A stretch of DNA of 64,000 bases from Pseudobdellovibrionaceae bacterium. GTDB lineage: Bacteria; Bdellovibrionota; Bdellovibrionia; Bdellovibrionales; Bdellovibrionaceae. This document shows positions 57,601-64,000 of the stretch, one piece after another. A model generated the notes under the pieces. The model had not been told where the DNA came from, did no database searches, and saw only the letters and a program-made list of their open reading frames with translations. A program made the position numbers and the translations under genes. Every line of letters begins with the position of its first letter. The first letter of the stretch is position 1. The stretch lies in contig JBIKLL010000001.1 of NCBI GenBank assembly GCA_044359815.1, positions 81,481-145,480 of the forward strand, in the 5' to 3' direction.

Positions 57601-58321
57601 TGCTAAAAACATGGAGTACAGAATTTCTGCCCTACCCACCTGCATTCAGAAAAAGCGCTGGGAAATTGTTGAAAAGCATTTAGTGCAATTGGCATTCACA
57701 AATAAATCATTAAGTTTGTATTATCGCGCCCTGGCCGCACAGGAAAACCAACTATGGGATAAGGCTCGATGGTTAATTGATCTGTACAGCAAAGACGAAG
57801 CCCTGAAACCTTTTGGTAGATCCGAAATGGCCAGGACTCTGTATCTGGAAAAATCTGGAAAATTCACTGAGCCCGAAAAAAATGAATATATGAATTTGCT
57901 GGCTGAAGCCCACAAAAATGGTATCAAAAACTCTGCCACCGTTGTGGGTAAAACATTTTCGCTATTTCAAAATATGCAGTGCTTGGATGTGATTGACATA
58001 ATCAACAAAGAAGCCTCATCTGAAATCAGAACCGAACTGTTGCCATTAAAAGCCGAATGCATGGCTAACAGTGGTGAATTTGATGCCGCCGTGGGTGAAT
58101 TGGAATCACTGGCTAAATCGAAAAGTTCGGCGATGAATTTTCTGTTTTTGGCTCACGTGCAAGAAAAATACAGATTTGATTCAATGAAAGCCGTCGAGGC
58201 TTATCAAGCAGCTTTGAAAAATTCGAAAGACAACGATCTGAACGATTGGATCAAGTCTAAAGTCCAGACGCTTGGAGGCGCTCCTGCAAACAGGATCAGC
58301 ACAACTCAGGAGGAAAAGTAA
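54629..58321 (+). CDS. Large exported TPR protein (GltD/AgmU-like)
   Basis: Signal peptide, many TPR-like repeats (YPKSPLVPDALLALGE, YGMYKSAWAYYN, RQEALRDL); position between the motor genes and gltF. Confidence 0.75.
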   Translation: MLKQIAFIILTMTMATQALAKAKKTDKGLLPEIRTDSKDDKINQKREVQSEVLITKTENEAINALISILKKKKGSPQEPELWLRLGELYQRRAKSGRFFDLFRDQNQIVKFAPPAVAGESAKKNLLRAISVYDKVEKDFPKFNQLDIVFYNNAFSRQQIGDKKNAGVLYQKLTAQYPKSPLVPDALLALGEIHFENQDFNKALQAFLQIEEYKKSRVYAYGMYKSAWAYYNLRQNDAAISKLKQVIIFFRTEGSKDIARQNVRQEALRDLAIFFGESHTAAQAYEFFSGFAEFDEIGYCMLNLAKLYMSHSRQKEVKVFLEQFLQKQPNSKEALEMHLLLVNTYEDLKEREQVLVHLKASLALCRPENKWYVANGEAAKSMCENELISRRSDIAKRWWELWLKKKDNKELARWTEQIFEMILERDSKEDADLKSRFAYAELLFQQNKFKFASKQYEFVGDNIKDATIIHDADYASLVSYQKAIEEVKDAKDSKKNPADLAKLEDLSKRYLKKHPTGPYAAEVQLKLAVLKYENNDLNEAEKHLKDLMTKKANKETKRKAEDLYLDILNARKDFKSIQEFTKNVTTKEDDGGRKVELSKLFDEASFAEIQELNKSGKKDLAADKLYEFYQKNQKSNLAKEALWQSLSINYSLNRDLLGANQSVEFYDKYRDDKKALSSLKDAAKVYYDLGFTDRAAVTLERIANVSDADRKTSLVAAAELYTIDKNYAKAHGLYKTLMPMMTKAELPALYEGLLDSTKNDPKERQKYEQQIVSNRIEPLASKIRIQELRDQVAAKKFSQAFNTSKSMVGDSSLPNDVRAEARLIQAQILDIEFTNQPTKTSIERLSAVLGIKTEKLDKAQTAYISVGQIAESADLKIKALQGLDHIYNEYIKSIKNLNLKTQLSADDKKALDEELAKLVAPIDEKKKENNEKLRTALKVRAAASKSFADLSPDDTVRPGLDYISMPVLSAVWLYNDKQTIKPFTSTTGCPNDAKNMEYRISALPTCIQKKRWEIVEKHLVQLAFTNKSLSLYYRALAAQENQLWDKARWLIDLYSKDEALKPFGRSEMARTLYLEKSGKFTEPEKNEYMNLLAEAHKNGIKNSATVVGKTFSLFQNMQCLDVIDIINKEASSEIRTELLPLKAECMANSGEFDAAVGELESLAKSKSSAMNFLFLAHVQEKYRFDSMKAVEAYQAALKNSKDNDLNDWIKSKVQTLGGAPANRISTTQEEK

Positions 58322-58569
58322 TGATACGTATATTTTTGATTATAGGATTAGTATTTTCAGTTCTGGACCTGGTCCATGCTCAGGTTAAGAAGCAAACAAT
58401 CCGTAAAGTTCAAGAGGTGAACTTTGATGGCCTGGACTTGAAGGGCACATTAAGAACACCTGATGGAGCCTACTTGGTGCAAAAACGTGGGATTAAATTT
58501 ATGCCCCTGTATGACATCAAAAAGGACATGGACAGCAAGATTCGCGAATCTGTTCAGTATGTGAGGTAA
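58321..58569 (+). CDS. gltF: Small gliding-motility protein GltF/CglF-like
   Basis: Signal peptide, then EVNFDGLDLKGTLRTPDGAYL....KFMPL; directly before the gltG-like gene. Confidence 0.7.
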   Translation: MIRIFLIIGLVFSVLDLVHAQVKKQTIRKVQEVNFDGLDLKGTLRTPDGAYLVQKRGIKFMPLYDIKKDMDSKIRESVQYVR

Positions 58570-58575
58570 ACGTTA

Positions 58576-60051
58576 ATGCAAAACCTATTGGTTGAGCAAA
58601 AAGATAAATCGGGAACACTCAGAGCTTGGAGACTCAAGCCTGAAGATGATTTCCAAACGGTTGGTTCCAGCAAATTTGCCAAGATCCAACTGCCCCCTTC
58701 TGCCGAAGGCATCGAGGGTGCGTTTCAACATAAAAATGGTGTTTGGGTCTATACAAATTTTAATTTGAAGGCAGAGTCCGATGGTGCTGAAGCCATTGTA
58801 AGCTTTCCATCTCCGGCAGTTTTGAAAATCAATGACATTCAACTGCATGTAACACCGATTCCTGGTAAAAACCCTTTGTTTAAAAATTTTGAAAACGAAG
58901 AGTTTTTCACACCAGCTAAATCCAAACACGCTTATAATTTATTTCTGGTTTATCGAGAACAAAAACTGATCGAATCAGAGATTGAACACACAAATCATAC
59001 TTTTAAATCCAAGGTCACCCGCTTTCATTTAGGAAAATCGAATCAAAGATTCAATGAATGGCACAAGGTCGACGTAGACGGTATGCAGGTGCATTACCGT
59101 ACAGTTTATGTAAAAGATCTGAGCGAAATTAAAAAAACACCAAGTAGCGAAATCATCGATGAAGACGGCAAAAAGGCACTTTATGGAACTCTGGCATTTT
59201 CGGCCCTATTGGGTTTAATGATCACCTTGGTGCCAAAATCTGACAGCAGCTTAGATGACGTATTGGCAAAAATTCCTGACGCCCCTGTTGTCGAAATGAA
59301 AATGGATAAAAAAGAACCTAAGAAAGAAAAAAAGACAGCTCAAAGCGAGCCTCAGCAAGCAACCGAGCCTAAGCAAAACGTTCAGCAACAGGCTGCAAAA
59401 AGAACTCCGGCATCAAAAGCCGCACAAGGTTCATCCAGCGTGATCAAAAGCTTGGCCTCAGGCAGGATTTCGCAGTTGATCGGAAAAATCTCAGCTAGCG
59501 CGGTTAAATCCAAAAACATTGTGATCGCAACTGGAGTTCCAGCTGGCTCTCAAACCACAGGCCGAACTTTGGCAGCCATTGGCGCCATAAATAAATCAGG
59601 CCGTGATTGGGCCAGTGAAGGCACAGGTACTGGAATCGCTGTCAGCACAAAAGGTAAAGCTGGCGGAGTTGGCCTGGGCGCTTATGGAAAACTGGCTTCG
59701 GGTAAAACAGGATCTGGCGGAGTCGGCTTATTGGAAGAAGAAGGCGAAATTATTGGTGGGCTTGACCGAGATGTCATCGCCAATTACATCAAAACTAAAT
59801 TAGGTCAGGTACTTTATTGTTACGAAAGGCAGCTGTCTGCGTCCCCTGATCTGTACGGAAAAGTAGCAATTAAATTTACCATTGGTCCAACGGGCTTAGT
59901 AGAAAGTCAGAAGATCGGAGAATCCACTCTGAAAAACGCCACCGTTGAAAACTGCATCTTGCAAAAACTTTCAGAATGGAAGTTCCCCGCGCCTCGAGGC
60001 GGCACCAAAGTCTTGGTGACATATCCCTTTCTTTTTAAGAGCACTCGTTGA
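58576..60051 (+). CDS. gltG: GltG/PglI-like protein with TonB-like (AgmX/PglI) C-terminal domain
   Basis: Cytoplasmic N-domain, single TM, Lys/Glu/Pro then Gly-rich linker, GGLDRDVI...YCYERQL...WKFPAPRGG..V.VTYPFLF. Confidence 0.8.
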   Translation: MQNLLVEQKDKSGTLRAWRLKPEDDFQTVGSSKFAKIQLPPSAEGIEGAFQHKNGVWVYTNFNLKAESDGAEAIVSFPSPAVLKINDIQLHVTPIPGKNPLFKNFENEEFFTPAKSKHAYNLFLVYREQKLIESEIEHTNHTFKSKVTRFHLGKSNQRFNEWHKVDVDGMQVHYRTVYVKDLSEIKKTPSSEIIDEDGKKALYGTLAFSALLGLMITLVPKSDSSLDDVLAKIPDAPVVEMKMDKKEPKKEKKTAQSEPQQATEPKQNVQQQAAKRTPASKAAQGSSSVIKSLASGRISQLIGKISASAVKSKNIVIATGVPAGSQTTGRTLAAIGAINKSGRDWASEGTGTGIAVSTKGKAGGVGLGAYGKLASGKTGSGGVGLLEEEGEIIGGLDRDVIANYIKTKLGQVLYCYERQLSASPDLYGKVAIKFTIGPTGLVESQKIGESTLKNATVENCILQKLSEWKFPAPRGGTKVLVTYPFLFKSTR

Positions 60052-60109
60052 TAAAATACTAATAAGCCAGGAGCTTTTAAAAACCGCTCCTAAACTATGA
60101 GGAGGCTTC

Positions 60110-60910
60110 ATGAAGAACCACCTGATCCTGATCGTAGCAACCGCTACAATTATTAATTTTTGCTTTGGATCGCAATCATTTGCGCAATCAAAACCAAGAA
60201 CAACTCCAGCCGAAGACAGCGCTGCAGATTCAGACAAAATGGATCTCAAGAAACTGGAAGAAAAATACTGGTCAGCCAAAGACGCTGATTTCAAAGTTGT
60301 TCAAAATCGAACTTACACAAAAGCTAAAAAACCTTTTATCAGTTTTGGCTATGGCCCCCTGGTCAACGACGCATATTCTTACGGCAGGATGTTTAACGTA
60401 GCTGGTGGTTATTATCTGTCAGAATACTCGGGTTTTGAATTATCTTACGAAACAGGAAATTTGAAAGACAGCGATTCAACAGATTATTTTATCAACCGAA
60501 ATGGATTTGCCCCAAACTACAACAAATTTAAAAAATATATTGGTGCCAGTTATATTTACGTCCCTTTTTATGCCAAAATGTCCTTTATGGGAAAAAAGAT
60601 TTTGTATTTTGATATTCAGTTTGGTGTAGGATTGGGTCAAATCAGTTACCAATCTCAGATTTCAGAAGCTCAAGGTGGAAACCAAAATTACAGCGCCACT
60701 GCAATCTCACTTGACGTCACTCAGCAGTTATTTTTTGCAGAACACTTTGCAATCAGACTGGATGTTAAAAACAAATGGTCACGACAAAATCAAAATCGAT
60801 ATCAAATTTCAACGGGACCACCATTGAATGAGACCGAAGACGCCAGATCATTAGGCACTATCAACCAACAAGATACTTCTGTGCTATTAGGAATCACATA
60901 CTTTCACTAA
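60110..60910 (+). CDS. Outer-membrane beta-barrel protein (GltA/B/H-like)
   Basis: Signal peptide, VVQNRTYTK, NDAY, PFYAKMSF...ILYFD, terminal GITYFH. Confidence 0.8.
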   Translation: MKNHLILIVATATIINFCFGSQSFAQSKPRTTPAEDSAADSDKMDLKKLEEKYWSAKDADFKVVQNRTYTKAKKPFISFGYGPLVNDAYSYGRMFNVAGGYYLSEYSGFELSYETGNLKDSDSTDYFINRNGFAPNYNKFKKYIGASYIYVPFYAKMSFMGKKILYFDIQFGVGLGQISYQSQISEAQGGNQNYSATAISLDVTQQLFFAEHFAIRLDVKNKWSRQNQNRYQISTGPPLNETEDARSLGTINQQDTSVLLGITYFH

Positions 60911-60911
60911 T

Positions 60912-63026
60912 ATGAAAAATAATTTTATCTCGATTTTATTTTTAAGCGCGCTGATTCCTGCAACAGGACTGGCAAAGGATTTAGAGTTTGTCACTCAACC
61001 AAAGCCTCCATCACCTAATTTAAAAATCAAAGCCTCCAAGGTTCCCCAGTTTGAATTAGTTCAAAAGAAAAAATCCGCTAACGGTAAAATTGAAACCATC
61101 AGGGTCACAGAAATCCCAAAGCTAAACATCGGTGAAGAAGCCGTTATCAAAGCCAACTCTTTGAAGGCTGGCCCCTTGCCCGCCATACCTGGTCAACCCC
61201 AGGTGGCTCCGCTAAAAAAGCAGGGAATGATTACGACCCTGGAGATTGATCAAATTTTAAAAAAATTAAATGAAACTCCGGTTGTGAAAGACCTCACGGG
61301 TCAGCTCAGAATCAAACACCCTGTGATACCTAAGGCCTCTGTTGAATACACAATCCCTGTGAATTTTCAGAAACCTGCGATCCGCCCGACCGAACCAAAG
61401 CTGGTTGCCATCAAGGCCTTTTCACAAGGCGAATTGAAAATGTTGATGGGAATTATCCTCGAGGAAAAAGTCCAACAGTATGCCCTGGCATTGGGATTGT
61501 TTGCTGAACTGAAAAGGGATCCAGTTTTTAAACTGGAAGCCACTTACCATCTAGCAACCACAGCCAGAAATCTGGGATTGTATTCTGAATTTAAAACTGA
61601 CATGGCTTCTTTGATTGAATCTGGTAAAGAACCTTGGGCACAAATGGCTTTAAACAATCTGGTTAAATTTTCTGGCCCTGGGGATTCAGACATAGTCGCA
61701 GTTCTGGATAACCAATTGAAAGCCATGAAGACGCCGCCTCAAGCATCAGATCAGTTCAGAATCAATCAAGCCAGATATTATATCGACACCGGTGAATTAT
61801 CAGAAGCCAGTGATGCTTTAAAGCTGATCAATGATCAATCAAAAGTTTTTGCTGAAAGTTTGTTTTTACGATCACTGATTGAATACCGTTCGAACAAAAT
61901 TGAACAGGCCATCAATTTGCAAAAGCAAGCTTTGGATCTGCTGTGGTTGAACAGCAAAGACAGTGAATTACGAAGCGTTTCCGCTCTGACCTTGGCCAGA
62001 ATGTATTTTCAGATTGGTAAATACAAAGAGACCTTTGAAGCTTTTTTGAAAGTTGATAAGAAGCATCCAGAATGGCTGCAAGCCATGATCGAACAAGCAT
62101 GGAGCCAAGTGCTGGCACAAGACTACGAAGGCGCTGCGGGAAATATGTTTTCGCTGCACACAGAGTTTTTGAAAAAACAATTCACTCCAGAATCCTATGT
62201 GGTGCGAACAGTGGCTTATTTAAATTTATGCCAGTTTGGTGACGGCGCCATGGTGGTCAAGGAACTGCAAAGAAAATACGCTCCGTTTTTTGAACAAATT
62301 AAAAAATACAAAGAATCCAAGGCCACACCTGAGGGCTATTACGACACAGTCCGTGCCTGGGCCAAAGATCCAATGCAGCCTATTGTAAACGGAATTCCAG
62401 GGCAATTAGTGTACGCGATGACTAAGCATCCAGGATTTTTAACCCATCAAAATGCCATCAATGCCCTGGAGGACGAGGCCACAACAATCAACCAAATTTC
62501 TTTGAACTTGGTGAAAAACGAAAGAGCCTTGATTAAAAAAATCTCGGATACAAAATTGGTTTTAGCTGATGCAAAAGCAGGTTCACCAGAAATCAACCGA
62601 CTGAAAACCAATCTGGGCAGCTACCAAGCACAGTTTCAAATTTCAAAAACTGCCCGACAAAATATTAAACCCGTTCGCGAGGAATTATTGGCCCGTGTGG
62701 ATATATTAAAAGCCAAGAACAAGAAAAAAGCAGGTATGGCCCTGCAAACAAATTTCAATAGGATTTTTACGACATTGCAGAACACCTTGGATCAAATCGA
62801 TGTCTTGCGATACGAGTTGTATTCTGGCGCTGGAGAACACATCAGATACCAATTAGCTGGTGGTGATGTGAATGATAAACAAAGACCCGAACTGAAAGTC
62901 GAAGACTCAAAAGCGCTCAATTGGGAATTTAAGGGCGAAGTTTGGGAAGACGAAATCGGTCATTACAGAAGCAGTTTAAAGAACGTTTGCCCGCCTGAAG
63001 AAGGCGGCAGCCAACCAGGGCAATAG
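60912..63026 (+). CDS. gltC: TPR protein, GltC-like
   Basis: LTLARMYFQ, EQAWS, PESYVVRTVAYLNLCQ, and C-terminal WEFKGEVWEDEIGHYRSSLKNVC. Confidence 0.72.
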   Translation: MKNNFISILFLSALIPATGLAKDLEFVTQPKPPSPNLKIKASKVPQFELVQKKKSANGKIETIRVTEIPKLNIGEEAVIKANSLKAGPLPAIPGQPQVAPLKKQGMITTLEIDQILKKLNETPVVKDLTGQLRIKHPVIPKASVEYTIPVNFQKPAIRPTEPKLVAIKAFSQGELKMLMGIILEEKVQQYALALGLFAELKRDPVFKLEATYHLATTARNLGLYSEFKTDMASLIESGKEPWAQMALNNLVKFSGPGDSDIVAVLDNQLKAMKTPPQASDQFRINQARYYIDTGELSEASDALKLINDQSKVFAESLFLRSLIEYRSNKIEQAINLQKQALDLLWLNSKDSELRSVSALTLARMYFQIGKYKETFEAFLKVDKKHPEWLQAMIEQAWSQVLAQDYEGAAGNMFSLHTEFLKKQFTPESYVVRTVAYLNLCQFGDGAMVVKELQRKYAPFFEQIKKYKESKATPEGYYDTVRAWAKDPMQPIVNGIPGQLVYAMTKHPGFLTHQNAINALEDEATTINQISLNLVKNERALIKKISDTKLVLADAKAGSPEINRLKTNLGSYQAQFQISKTARQNIKPVREELLARVDILKAKNKKKAGMALQTNFNRIFTTLQNTLDQIDVLRYELYSGAGEHIRYQLAGGDVNDKQRPELKVEDSKALNWEFKGEVWEDEIGHYRSSLKNVCPPEEGGSQPGQ

Positions 63027-63048
63027 AACCCATCAGGGAAGGTAAAGC

Positions 63049-63681
63049 ATGAAAACAATATTATTAATCAGCTTAATTGCAACGAATGCATTCGCTCAGT
63101 CATCGACCGAAGACGGCTTAAACCGAATGAAATCAAATTACGAAAATTCTGAATACAACGTACAGGAATATCAAAAAAACGCTAAGATCGTTGATGACAA
63201 CATAGCTGAGGTTCTGAAAGCCAAAAAAGAGGTTTCAGATCAAAGGGCTCAGTTGCAATCAGCATTTCAGAAAAACCAACAGGGCTTAAAGGTTTACGAC
63301 GATCAAACCAAAGAAGTTCAAAAATCAATTGATACCGAAAACAAAATGCTGCAAACCGAAGAACAAAAATTAGCTGAAGCCCAAGCCGTGATTCAAAAGA
63401 TTAAAGCCAACCAAGAAAAACGACAAAAAAATGTTTTAGAATATCAAAAACAGTTGGCTCAGATCGACAAAGACAAGGCTGATTGGAAAACCCGTTCAGA
63501 CAGTTTTAAAAAACAATGGGATGATTTGACAAAACGACTGCAAGAAATTGCTTCAGTTGAAACTGAGCTAAAAAATAAAAAAAAAGGCTATCAGGGCGAA
63601 ATCGGCAGATGGAAGCGCGAAGCCGAGAAAAACAAAAAGCAGTACAACGAATACTCAAATATGTCTCAGCAGAAAGAATAA
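63049..63681 (+). CDS. Exported coiled-coil protein
   Basis: Signal peptide ending AFA, then continuous Lys/Gln/Glu heptads. Confidence 0.7.
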   Translation: MKTILLISLIATNAFAQSSTEDGLNRMKSNYENSEYNVQEYQKNAKIVDDNIAEVLKAKKEVSDQRAQLQSAFQKNQQGLKVYDDQTKEVQKSIDTENKMLQTEEQKLAEAQAVIQKIKANQEKRQKNVLEYQKQLAQIDKDKADWKTRSDSFKKQWDDLTKRLQEIASVETELKNKKKGYQGEIGRWKREAEKNKKQYNEYSNMSQQKE

Positions 63682-64000
63682 CTTCGCAAACGAAGTTTTG
63701 TATTCTTCAAGATCCATGGTTTTTGAAATTTTAAAATACACATAGGCCGCCATCACCAGAACTGCTGACAAAATAGCGATTCGCTCTAACAACCCGTTAG
63801 CAAATCCAAAAGCATATTGCCCCAGTAAACAGACCACAACAACACCTGAAAGCGGGACCAAAAACAGAATCAGCCTTTTGATTAATGTCCATAAACCTAA
63901 AGAACCCACCATAAATCGGTAACACACATACACCAATGCAAAGTTCACAAACCCACTGATGCAGGTTGATGCCACCAATCCGACCAATTGATAATGCTTC
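63655..64000 (-). CDS. C-terminal part of a membrane protein, probably lipid II flippase MurJ (enters from beyond the window)
   Basis: Open to the window edge; VGLVASTCISGFVNF followed by two TM helices and LEE resembles the MurJ C-terminus. Confidence 0.5.
   Translation of the reverse strand, partial: KHYQLVGLVASTCISGFVNFALVYVCYRFMVGSLGLWTLIKRLILFLVPLSGVVVVCLLGQYAFGFANGLLERIAILSAVLVMAAYVYFKISKTMDLEEYKTSFAKLFFLLRHI

Overview
Low-GC bacterial chromosome segment whose gene content and order point to a Bdellovibrionota (Bdellovibrio-like) predator; this is an inference, not a database result. In order it holds: (1) the rimP-nusA-infB-rbfA-truB-rpsO-pnp operon on the minus strand, with a rimP-leader terminator; (2) a roughly 10 kb accessory block between inward-facing tRNA-Leu(CAA) and tRNA-Arg(CCT) genes; (3) ribF, a degenerate aroE-like gene and pilB-pilC-pilS-pilR with no pilT; (4) a CHASE2 kinase and sigma-54 regulator pair; (5) an envelope operon ybeY-prfB (programmed frameshift)-lolCD-bamA-skp-lpxA-gnnA-like-lpxB-lpxK-lpxL-DUF3108-GT9; (6) a 7TM-HD hydrolase and mazG; (7) a single-operon Agl-Glt-type gliding machinery. 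The best candidate for an undescribed system is the tightly coupled four-gene operon at 14542-19008: DUF4956 membrane protein, HlyD-type adaptor fused to a beta-propeller-like domain, putative TolC-like protein, and VTC polyphosphate-polymerase domain. It has the outer parts of a tripartite exporter but no ABC/RND/MFS pump, which suggests synthesis-coupled export of polyphosphate across the envelope. All family calls come from motif recognition by eye; no searches were run.
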